From Octopus vulgaris (taxonomy: Eukaryota), in assembly GCA_951406725.2 (NCBI GenBank), contig OX597819.1:108686001-108750000 (forward strand): a DNA stretch of 64,000 nt. Reading direction: 5' to 3'. The position numbers and the translations under genes were made by a program. Under the pieces are notes generated by a model. That model did no database searches. It had not been told where the DNA came from and saw only the letters and a list, made by a program, of their open reading frames with translations. This document shows, piece by piece, positions 50,801 through 57,129 of the stretch; positions within the stretch are counted from its first letter, which is position 1, and each line of letters begins with the position of its first letter.

Positions 50801-53800
50801 ACCATAAACTGCAACGATGTCCCTTGTTCAAAGCAGCTTCCAACCATCCACATGTGTCTTCTACACAAACTAGTGCAAAGAACGATCTGCAAGGTTCTCA
50901 CAGGCTGTCATCTGCTGATAGAGATCCTTTTGCAGAGCTTCTGTCATTTGAGTCCCAGGAATTGAAACTGAAACACTCAGCAGGACGGAAACGACGACCC
51001 TCAAGTAACCATGTGAAGTATAACAAAAAGTCCAGAGGTATCGCATATGATTCAGCAGAAGAGGTGAGTAGTGTTGTTACTGTTAGTGTCATTATTGCTG
51101 TTGTTACTATTTATAGTGTTGTTGTTGTTCCTGTTATTAATATTAGTGATGTTGTTGCTATTGGTGGTGTTGGTGTTGCCTTTATCATGAATAGTGGTGA
51201 TGTGCATTGAAAAATCGAATATGCATGTATATGTGTATTAGATCATATGCATTAGATCATGTGTGCATGTAAGAAAGAGGCTGAGTATACTTGTGATAAA
51301 AAGAGAAAAAGTGTGTGTGTATGTGAAAGAGAAATGGAGAGAGAGAGAAAGTGTCTACATTTTTGTGTGCGTATGTGTGAAACTGTTAACTTGGGTTGTA
51401 TGTGTAGATTACACAGTGAAATATACATTGTAAATGCTTTTGTGTATGTCTGTGTGTCTTATTGCTACTTACTGTCTTCCTCTCTCCTTCTCTCTCTTCC
51501 CATCAACAGAAAAAGCATAAAGAGGAACTTGTCATTCTCTGCAAGAATTGCCATCGGAATCTTTTTTCTGTACATAGCAGTAAGTGTCTCTTTCTCTTAT
51601 TTTGTGTATATTTTATATATATATAGATATATAATTTAGTATTGGTGAACCCCAGTACCATCTGACTGGCACCCATGCTGGTGGTACACAAAAAGCAATG
51701 TTCAAGTGTTGGGTCTTACAGAGGCAGTGACAAGAGACCAAGACCTTTGGCGATATACCGTGCTTGTGTAGACCTGTTGAGCTAAGTAAGATCACAGTCA
51801 TAGCTGATGCTGGTGTCACATCAATGGATGTGCTGGTGGCGCGTTAAAAGTACCCACTACATTCTTGGAGTGGTTGGTGTTAGGAAGGGCATCCAGCTAT
51901 AGAACCCATGCCAAATCAGATTGGAACCTGGTGCAGCTCCCCAGCTTACTAGTTTTCAGTCAAACTGTCCAACCCATATCAGCATTGAAAGCAGGCATTA
52001 AATAATGATGATGATGAGTAATGTATAAAAAAAAAGCAAAAGGAGTGGCTGTGTGGTAAGTAGCTTGCTTACCAACCACATGGTTCCGGGTTCAGTCCCA
52101 CTGCGTGGCACCTTGGGCAAGTGTCTTCTACTATAGCCTCGGGCCGACCAAAGCCTTGTGAATGGATTTGGTAGACGGAAACTGAAAGAAGCCCGTCATA
52201 TATATGTATCTATATATGTGCGTGTGTGTGTTTGTGTGTGTGTTTGTGTGTCTGTGTTTGTCCCCCTAGCATTGCTTGACAACCGATGCTGGTGTGTTTA
52301 TGTCCCCGTTACTTAGCGGTTCGGCAAAAGAGACCAATGGAATAAGTACTGGGCTTACAAAAGAATAAGTCCCGGGGCCGAGATGCTCGATTAAAAAGGC
52401 GGTGCTCCAGCATGGCCACAGTCAAATGACTGAAACAAGTAAAAGAGTAAAGAGTAAGAGTAAACTGTTTACTGATGGTGGGACTCTATACATTTGTTAG
52501 AGTAGAATCTATTGATGATATTGGATTGACTGGGATTTCAAATTTCACCTTTAAATGATCATTCAGTCTCTTTATATATATATGTGTGTGTGTGTGTGTA
52601 AATGTTTCTTCACTGCTTTCACATTGCTAAAGTTCAACTTGGTAAGGGTCAAACTAGCATCTATGACGTAGCAAAGTCAAGTTATTCTACCTCATAGTCA
52701 GGAATCATGCTGAACTAACAGACAAATGCTATTTATGGTTTCAAAATTGCTGATGTTGTGCCTGAATCAGAAACTGGCGCTTTTAAACCAAAGCCTTTGA
52801 AATGATGGGGTTAGTGGTGGGAGGGGGCATTGTTGTATGAAAAAAGTTTTGCAAACTCTTTTTTTTATGCTCCCCTCCCTCATCATCCCACTCCAGACCT
52901 ATTTTGATCAATTTTTTTTTGCACTTCAAAACCATGGGAAGAGCATTTTCGGTAAAAAAAAGTTTTTTAAATGGTTAATATTTTCAAAGTGATTTAAGGG
53001 TGATTTGGCTGTTGTTTCTAGCACATCCAAGGACAACCCGCCTTTATCGCACTTGCATGTATTGATGCTTTTCAATATTTTTCCCTCCATAAATACGATT
53101 ATATGCTATAAAAAAGAAAATTTGAGAAATTATGAATTTTTTGCAACCCCACTTCCTGCCCCCGATTGTTTCTGTTTAGAAATTAAAATATTGGAGAGCC
53201 TGAGAAGGTCATTGCTGGCATTTATCCACAGTAATTTTTAAAAATTACAGAGATGTACTTGCATAGCAAGTGACTTGATCTGAGATCATGTGCTGAAACA
53301 AAAACAATTGCAGTGTGGAAGATGTTTGTAAGCCATTCAAGAACACACAAAAACTGTTAGTTTCACTTCATCATTAAAATTTCATTTGTGTTTATAATTT
53401 TTTTTGTCACTTTGAAACTGTGACCTGTTCACTAACAAAACTTCACAAAAGTGATGCAGCACAAAGTTTTGTCAGTGAACAGGTTGTGGTTTCAAAGCAA
53501 TGAATATATTTTGATACAAATGAAATTAAATGTTGAAGTGAAACTAATCGTTTTTGTGTGTTCTTGAATGGGTTACAAACATCTTCCATACTGCAATTAT
53601 AAAAATATTATAAAAATGAATTATAAAAATATTTCCAGACAATCAACCCTTTAATAATTGCATTCTTTTAGTAATTGTTACATACCTAATTAATAAGCAG
53701 CTTTTTCCATTATAGTATAGATGCCACAGATTCCAGAATCAGAAAGCACCAATTAAAATATTTTTATAGTTTTAGAATTTAAATAACATTCTTTTATCAA

Positions 53801-56578
53801 GTTTAAAATCTTGTCATGGTTGATGTTTGCCTTTCATTCCTCCTGGGTTGAGTATCAGGAGATACTGGGGTCAATGAAATTAACTATACTCTACCTTTAC
53901 AGATTTGTAACTTTGTGTCATATTTAGAAATCAGTATTAACCAGAGATTAAATAATCAGAATATCTAATTTGGTTAGATCCAGTATTGACTTGTATATTT
54001 CTTCTGGCTTTGTCTGGTTTGATCTGGTCTCTCAGATTTATCAGGTAATCAATCCTGTACTATAATTATTTCAGTCCCTTCATATTTTCTTCTTATTTTA
54101 TACAGATATAGAAAAACGGTCAAGATTGCCACCACTGGTAAAAGATATTTTCACAGATATGCAACGTGTGTTTCTTTACTTAGCGGCCAACACCAGCGAC
54201 CAGCTACACAGTGTCTCAACTATGAAATTTCAGATTGGCAATGGTCAGTTAAATTTCAAATAGTTTGGCTTTGTATTTATCTGTGTCTCTTTTCTTTCTA
54301 AACATGGTATAATAACCATACAATAAAATATCAGAACATATGTTTCTCCACAACACACTATATCAATACAGTTTATAACAAACCACAGGATACCACAAAC
54401 ACAAACACAGACACCCTATATATTGGGTCATCCGATAAATAATGCGGTTTTTTTATACTTTTATTTTTCAAAATTAAGATAAACAATGTTCTTTTTTATT
54501 CTAAAATATACTCTCCTTCATTTTCTACAATGTTATTCCATCTATGTGGTAGACTTGCAAGGCCCCTTTTCCAAAATTCACTTCTCTGTAATAAAAAGTA
54601 CTCCTCCAGTACTGTTCTGGCCTTGTCTGCAAAATTCATATTTTTTCCATCCAAACAATTTTGAAGACTGTGGAATAAATGATAATCAGATGGGGCAATG
54701 TCCAGTGAATACGATGGGTGGAGCATCGTTTCCCATTCAAACTACTCCAGCCTTTGGAATGTCATCCTCGCTGTATGTGGCCGAGTATTATCCTGATGAT
54801 AGAACACCTTTTGTCTTGAAACCAGAGATGGTTGTTTTTCTTCTAGCGCTGACCTAAGCCGCTTAAGCTGCTCACAGTAGATCTCCTTTGTTATCATTTG
54901 GTTTGAGTTTAAAAGTTCAAAGTGGACTAAACCTTTCATATCCCACCAAACAGATAACAACACCTTACGTGGGTGAAGACCTTCTTTAGCATTGGGTACT
55001 AGTGTTTCTCTTTTCCCTGCCCCATGTCTTCCACACTTGACATTTTTATAGATAACCCATTCTCGTCACCAGTCACTTTTCGGTCCAAAAAAGGTTCATT
55101 CGTGGGATGTGACAGCAAAGAAAAGTGCACATTCACTTTCTGCTCATGATTAGACTTGGAAAGTTTGCGAGGAACCCATTGACCCAATTTTCTGACTTTT
55201 CCAATGGCATGCAGGTGTTGATGAATGGTTGAATGACCAAATCCAAGCTTCTCTGCTAGTTCCTCAACAGTTATGATAGGATTTTGTTCCAGCAAGGTTT
55301 GCAGGACATCCTTCTCTATCTCTACAAATCTTCCAAGATGAGGCTTTTCTTCTAGGCTGTAGTTTCCGGCTCGGAATTTCTGGAACCACCATTGACACTG
55401 GATTATGCTTATTGTATGATCCCCATATACTATATTAATATTCCTCGCACTTTCTGTTGCGTTGTTGCTTTTATTGAACTCATAAAGCAAAATATGCCAA
55501 ATATGCTCCTTTGTCACTTCCATTATAGCTTTGAAAATATAACTGTTAAAATCAAAACTTGCACTAAGAATAAGCTAAGCTAATATTTCTGCCTGCTTTT
55601 ATAGCAAGTTGATGCAGGTAATTTATCCCATCCCCTTCCAACTTTTAGTTCATGTAATTGAAAAAAACCCACATTATTTATGGGATAACCCAATACTACA
55701 CCAATCTCTACAGTGCATACACCACTCCACAGTACATCACCACCATATCACCATACCACACCACACCACAACACCATCACCACTGCTGACCATTATTCAT
55801 ATCACCATTTTTATTATCAGGTGCTGCTTTAAATAGTTGCTGGTTTCCAAAATATGGATGTTGCATAGAATATTTACAATGCATTTGCAATCATGGAACG
55901 AAACAGACCCTTGGTGTCAGAGTATTATTAGGATCAACTGATTACCCCACTGGTCAGGTAATACATCAGATATTTTAATATCTCTTTCTCTCTCTCTCAC
56001 TGAATGGAGAAGAGTGACTGGTCATCACTGACAAGCTAGCCAAATGAAGGTGTGGCTAAAACTTGCATGCCAGATATAAATGTTGGTTTTTGTGGAGCAG
56101 AGGAGAGGACATCCACAGCCTACATTCGTATCTGGCTTGCCAAATTTTTCCCACCTTCGTATGAAGTTTGAATTATGCAAGAACACATTTTAGTTTTTGG
56201 TGGGCTATAAATATATCCTATTATGATATCTGATTCTGTAAGTTCTATAAAAATATATTTGCATGAATCATAAAAGTTTGTGTAACTTAAATGAAATTTG
56301 ATCTATTAATTACTTGTGAATCATTGTTGATATTCATTCTCTACTTTTTAGAAGATCTTCCTCTATGTTCTTACTTTGATTAAAATTTATTTTATGGTTT
56401 ACTATATTACATATAATTATATGTCGTATCTATTTTTAGTTTCATCAACCCATGTTTCAGTGACATCTCTACACTGTGTTTGTATCAATCCTGTTAATAT
56501 TTACGTATTCCACTTTTCTGTTTCCCACAGTTATGGCTATTAGATGAAGCAGTGAAAATCAACAGTGTCCATGACTAA
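3018..56578 (+). CDS. BRIP1: Fanconi anemia group J / BRIP1 Fe-S cluster 5'-3' DNA helicase (spliced, 31 coding exons, ~1414 aa)
   Basis: Spliced ORF with Q motif (FPFKPYPSQ), Walker A (ESPTGSGKT), Ia (GTRTHKQI), four Fe-S cysteines, II (DEGH), III (TSGTLSP), V ([10 protein letters not shown]), VI ([10 protein letters not shown]) and GLSKWVR. FANCJ-type sequences include [26 protein letters not shown] and FALKIWSG-like ASKIWSG. All junctions are GT-AG with consistent phases. Confidence 0.95.
3483..3672 (-). mobile_element. RTE 3'-tail-derived short element with (GAT)n tail
   Basis: Matches the abundant GGTTGGCGTTAGGAAGGGCATCCAGCTGTAGAAAC...GGACGTTAAACGATGATG repeat, also at about 8790, 11050, 15180, 15800, 28460, 30270, 42110, 48210, 51830, 57980, 58960 and 62830. 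Confidence 0.75.
4117..4228 (+). CDS. BRIP1: FANCJ coding exon 2, Walker A ([37 protein letters not shown])
   Basis: AG/GT bounded, phase 0-1. Confidence 0.95.
4839..4874 (+). CDS. BRIP1: FANCJ coding exon 3 (36 nt, [12 protein letters not shown])
   Basis: Polypyrimidine tract plus TGCAG, donor GTAAGA; phase 1-1, open frame. Confidence 0.75.
6456..6548 (+). CDS. BRIP1: FANCJ coding exon 4 ([31 protein letters not shown])
   Basis: Strong acceptor and GTAAGT donor; phase 1-1, open frame. Confidence 0.75.
6721..7030 (+). mobile_element. tRNA-derived SINE with a V-domain-like block
   Basis: tRNA-like head (TGGCCCAGTAG / GTTTCAATTCCC) and a GTGATGGACTGGCATCCCGTCCA block. Confidence 0.6.
7340..7451. 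repeat. Inverted repeat / hairpin, ~48 bp stem
   Basis: TTTAAAGCAGCAGAAAATTCAACAAAACCTGTTACTCTG pairs with CAGGGTAACAGGTTTTGTGAACTTTTCTGCTGCTTTATA; flanked by (TA)n. Confidence 0.85.
9560..9711 (+). CDS. BRIP1: FANCJ coding exon 5 ([12 protein letters not shown]...[10 protein letters not shown]...HTAQ)
   Basis: Phase 1-0; acidic DDDDF resembles the N-terminal insertion of FANCJ. Confidence 0.82.
9985..10375. repeat. Degenerate ~85-90 bp minisatellite
   Basis: Recurring CCATTGTGTT..GT.TC.TTA.A.AA.ACACT...AATCTACC.AGCTGTATA units, about 5 copies. Confidence 0.6.
11733..11935 (+). CDS. BRIP1: FANCJ coding exon 6 ([15 protein letters not shown]...ECDRCFCQC...KKMR)
   Basis: Phase 0-2; lies within ORF 11700-11939. 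Confidence 0.85.
12909..12998 (+). CDS. BRIP1: FANCJ coding exon 7, motif Ia ([29 protein letters not shown])
   Basis: Phase 2-2; conserved motif. Confidence 0.95.
13505..13598 (+). CDS. BRIP1: FANCJ coding exon 8, Fe-S Cys 1-2 ([31 protein letters not shown])
   Basis: Phase 2-0; Cys codons at 13536 and 13581. Confidence 0.93.
13975..14930. mobile_element. Cluster of nested family-B SINEs in both orientations
   Basis: Plus copies at about 13975 and 14185; minus copies at about 14320-14530 and 14555-14785; GATAAGATAAATATT repeated at the junctions. Confidence 0.75.
15795..16186 (-). mobile_element. RTE-tail element with 4 internal 62-67 bp tandem units
   Basis: GTGCTTTTTACGTGC recurs at 15940, 16003, 16065 and 16132. 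Confidence 0.8.
16546..16668 (+). CDS. BRIP1: FANCJ coding exon 9, Fe-S Cys 3 (HQKCHY...[15 protein letters not shown])
   Basis: Phase 0-0; an in-frame alternative acceptor is possible at 16552. Confidence 0.92.
16847..17190 (+). mobile_element. tRNA-derived SINE, family C
   Basis: TGGCTCAGTGG A box, B-box-like motif and TGTGTTCTTGAGCAAGACACTT core; a closely similar copy lies at 33884-34216. Confidence 0.8.
17387..17488 (+). CDS. BRIP1: FANCJ coding exon 10, Fe-S Cys 4 (MKACPYF...[17 protein letters not shown])
   Basis: Phase 0-0; conserved CPY and PYNYLLD. Confidence 0.95.
18395..19200 (-). mobile_element. RTE-clade LINE 3' fragment
   Basis: Minus strand encodes a decayed RTE C-terminus ([20 protein letters not shown]-like) followed by the shared 3' tail. 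Confidence 0.75.
19283..19418 (+). CDS. BRIP1: FANCJ coding exon 11, motif II ([24 protein letters not shown]...)
   Basis: Phase 0-1. Confidence 0.95.
21024..21070 (+). CDS. BRIP1: FANCJ coding exon 12 (47 nt, [16 protein letters not shown])
   Basis: CAG acceptor and GTGAGT donor; phase 1-0 is what is needed to join its neighbours. Confidence 0.78.
21140..22195 (-). mobile_element. Restriction-like endonuclease non-LTR retrotransposon (R4/Dong-like) 3' fragment
   Basis: ORFs 21614-21823 ([18 protein letters not shown] zinc knuckle) and 21202-21561 (WD..IQ..R.I....D.VVVDK...EKIAKYQDL...IPVVIGALG...[17 protein letters not shown]). Confidence 0.88.
22755..22904 (+). CDS. BRIP1: FANCJ coding exon 13 (VHSLHSF...[28 protein letters not shown])
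   Basis: Phase 0-0; KIWSG conserved. Confidence 0.92.
23001..23410 (+). mobile_element. tRNA-derived SINE, family A (CORE-like CCTTGGGCAAGT block)
   Basis: A box TGGCTGTGTGG, B-box-like motif, internal (TA)/(TG) tract and (GAGTAAA)n tail; also at 52041 and 61573. Confidence 0.85.
23465..24385 (+). mobile_element. Head-to-tail array of four family-B SINEs
   Basis: Copies start at about 23465, 23721, 23926 and 24151, each directly after the (ATT)n tail of the previous copy. Confidence 0.8.
24425..24820. repeat. ACC/ACT-rich degenerate trinucleotide low-complexity tract
   Basis: Source of the spurious Thr/Pro- and Val/Gly-rich ORFs. Confidence 0.8.
24822..24979 (+). CDS. BRIP1: FANCJ coding exon 14 ([11 protein letters not shown]...[16 protein letters not shown])
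   Basis: Phase 0-2; arch-domain helix; weak acceptor. Confidence 0.85.
25888..27655 (-). mobile_element. Two decayed RTE LINE 3' fragments
   Basis: Minus-strand similarity to the RTE fragment at 44245-45250 (LHSSET, WMCNVSVH, GRPRKT motifs) and the shared tail. Confidence 0.7.
29563..29608 (+). CDS. BRIP1: FANCJ coding exon 15 (46 nt, [15 protein letters not shown])
   Basis: Strong acceptor and GTAAGT donor; phase 2-0. Confidence 0.8.
31335..31362 (+). CDS. BRIP1: FANCJ coding exon 16 (28 nt micro-exon, RSKSRVENF)
   Basis: TTTTCCAG acceptor and GTAAGT donor; phase 0-1 restores the frame. Confidence 0.75.
31730..32117 (+). mobile_element. Non-autonomous Helitron
   Basis: A|TC start (TCTATATATATAAAAG), subterminal hairpin CCCGAGCAACGCCGGG (32090-32105), CTAG|T end, no TSD, within TA repeats. 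Confidence 0.85.
33200..33249 (+). CDS. BRIP1: FANCJ coding exon 17 ([17 protein letters not shown])
   Basis: Phase 1-0; WCLNP conserved. Confidence 0.92.
33884..34216 (+). mobile_element. tRNA-derived SINE, family C
   Basis: GGCGCATGGCTCAGTGGTTAGAGC...GAGTTCGAATTCC head; paralogous to 16847-17190. Confidence 0.82.
34811..34948 (+). CDS. BRIP1: FANCJ coding exon 18, motif III (TFSDF...[10 protein letters not shown]...HVIPPSQ)
   Basis: Phase 0-0. Confidence 0.95.
36370..36489 (+). CDS. BRIP1: FANCJ coding exon 19 ([32 protein letters not shown]...VCM)
   Basis: Phase 0-0. Confidence 0.95.
37577..37648 (+). CDS. BRIP1: FANCJ coding exon 20, motif IV ([24 protein letters not shown])
   Basis: Phase 0-0. 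Confidence 0.93.
37700..39070 (-). mobile_element. Old decayed RTE LINE reverse transcriptase fragment
   Basis: Minus strand reads [22 protein letters not shown] and [12 protein letters not shown]-like RT motifs, with stops. Confidence 0.7.
39266..39392 (+). CDS. BRIP1: FANCJ coding exon 21 ([19 protein letters not shown]...GDFT)
   Basis: Phase 0-1. Confidence 0.92.
39931..40049 (+). CDS. BRIP1: FANCJ coding exon 22, motif V ([28 protein letters not shown])
   Basis: Phase 1-0. Confidence 0.95.
40100..40667 (-). mobile_element. Internally deleted Tc1/mariner-superfamily (DD37D/maT-like) DNA transposon
   Basis: [24 protein letters not shown]...HFEH C-terminus; imperfect ~28 bp TIRs (CACGGTGCAACAGAAGCAATGCCCTTTT vs CAGGGGGCAGCAGATGTAACACCCTTTT); TA at the right end. 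Confidence 0.8.
40688..41250 (-). mobile_element. CR1/L2-like LINE 3' fragment
   Basis: LDYCSQL.SPY...[24 protein letters not shown]...GPQLFNCLP...VDVFKREL...IPDEP...SNSILHQ, followed by the 3' tail. Confidence 0.82.
42572..43130. repeat. Three related segments: one inverted and two direct copies
   Basis: 42572-42675 is the reverse complement of about 42695-42792 and about 42964-43070; the latter two are tandem paralogs. Confidence 0.65.
43177..43212 (+). CDS. BRIP1: FANCJ coding exon 23 (36 nt, [12 protein letters not shown])
   Basis: Phase 0-0; GIPYP conserved. Confidence 0.93.
43530..44035 (+). mobile_element. Tc1 transposase 3' fragment with right TIR
   Basis: [12 protein letters not shown]...[18 protein letters not shown]; ends TTCTGTGAGATACTG|TA (reverse complement CAGTATCTCACAGAA, a Tc1-type terminus). 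Confidence 0.85.
44245..45250 (+). mobile_element. RTE-clade LINE 3' half (decayed)
   Basis: [20 protein letters not shown] / [29 protein letters not shown] / [13 protein letters not shown] / GRGKPRKTW; ends in the AGGAAGGGCATCC...GAT-rich tail. Confidence 0.85.
45506..45633 (+). CDS. BRIP1: FANCJ coding exon 24, motif VI (VSLKKEYN...[16 protein letters not shown])
   Basis: Phase 0-2. Confidence 0.95.
47483..47718. repeat. Near-perfect AT-rich palindrome (~110 bp arms, ~13 nt loop)
   Basis: Arms 47483-47594 and 47608-47718 are reverse complements with only a few mismatches; next to a (TA)n run at 47419-47475. Confidence 0.92.
47915..47979 (+). CDS. BRIP1: FANCJ coding exon 25 ([21 protein letters not shown])
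   Basis: Phase 2-1. Confidence 0.94.
49374..49485 (+). CDS. BRIP1: FANCJ coding exon 26 ([11 protein letters not shown]...KANSSL)
   Basis: Phase 1-2; end of the helicase core. Confidence 0.93.
49839..51063 (+). CDS. BRIP1: FANCJ coding exon 27, large Ser/Glu-rich, probably disordered region with a likely bipartite NLS (RKRR...KKSR)
   Basis: 1225 nt open frame (ORF 49894-51210); phase 2-0; GAG|GTGAGT donor. Confidence 0.9.
51510..51579 (+). CDS. BRIP1: FANCJ coding exon 28 ([23 protein letters not shown]), CxxC
   Basis: Long pyrimidine tract plus CAG, donor GTAAGT; phase 0-1. Confidence 0.8.
52041..52460 (+). mobile_element. tRNA-derived SINE, family A
   Basis: Full-length copy with A box, GGTTCAGTCCC B box and GGTGCTCCAGCATGGCCACAGTCAAATGACTGAAAC tail. 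Confidence 0.88.
53306..53598. repeat. Long imperfect palindrome (foldback/MITE-like, ~135 bp arms)
   Basis: AATTGCAGTGTGGAAGATGTTTGTAAGCCATTCAAGAACACACAAAAA... pairs with ...TTTTTGTGTGTTCTTGAATGGGTTACAAACATCTTCCATACTGCAATT. Confidence 0.88.
54106..54243 (+). CDS. BRIP1: FANCJ coding exon 29 ([16 protein letters not shown]...MKFQIGN)
   Basis: TACAG acceptor and GTCAGT donor; phase 1-1, open frame. Confidence 0.75.
54423..55693 (-). mobile_element. Full-length mariner (DD34D) transposon with frameshifted transposase pseudogene
   Basis: 1271 bp; ~30 bp TIRs (TTGGGTCATCCGATAAATAATGCGGTTTT); TA TSD; ORFs 54999-55523 (WVPRKL, VTGDE), 54742-54963 (HQDNTRPH) and 54496-54726 ([16 protein letters not shown]). 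Confidence 0.95.
55821..55957 (+). CDS. BRIP1: FANCJ coding exon 30 ([46 protein letters not shown])
   Basis: ATCAG acceptor and CAG|GTAATA donor; phase 1-0. Confidence 0.8.
56531..56578 (+). CDS. BRIP1: FANCJ terminal coding exon 31 ([15 protein letters not shown])
   Basis: Strong acceptor TTTCCCACAG; stop TAA; AATAAA signals downstream. Confidence 0.78.
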   Translation, partial: LWLLDEAVKINSVHD

Positions 56579-56769
56579 ACATCATTCGTCTGGTTTTGTT
56601 TTTATATCCACAACACCTGTTGCTCATCAATGACATACTACTACTCTCAATGACCTACTATTAAACTCTCAATGACTCACTACTCTACTCGGTGGCAATA
56701 CACTTCATTCAGTAATACAATACTCTTAATGGCACATTATGACTCTCGAGTGATAAAATATTTTAATTG

Positions 56770-56853
56770 AATAAAATCACATTTTTTTAATATTTAATTT
56801 TCCATATCTTGTATAATTAATGTTTTTCTCAGGTTTATTTTTAAAATAATAAA
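56770..56853 (+). terminator. Candidate polyadenylation signals (AATAAA at 56770 and 56848)
   Basis: About 190-270 nt after the stop codon, followed by T-rich sequence. Confidence 0.55.
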
Positions 56854-57129
56854 TTTTTAAAAGATTTTTATTGAATAGTTAAAGAATTATTTTTGTATTC
56901 CATCAAATGGTTTCTGCCTTATTGTCCTGTGGAGCATGGTGTATGATAGATTCACCTCTGACTAAGTCAACAGCCTATTGAATTACTAATCGAGAGAGTC
57001 AACAGTTTGAAGCCTATCCCAAACACTCCATTATATTTGTAATCCATTAGTCTAGGCCACTGAGTTGTGAAAAGCTTACAAGGTAAGGCCTGTGATTTGC
57101 TCTAATGAATCAGTATATAAAGAAATGTT

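Noticed and set aside
51064-51210. Hydrophobic, transmembrane-like tail of ORF 49894-51210
   Set aside because: It lies past a strong GAG|GTGAGT donor and derives from a GTT-rich low-complexity intron tract.
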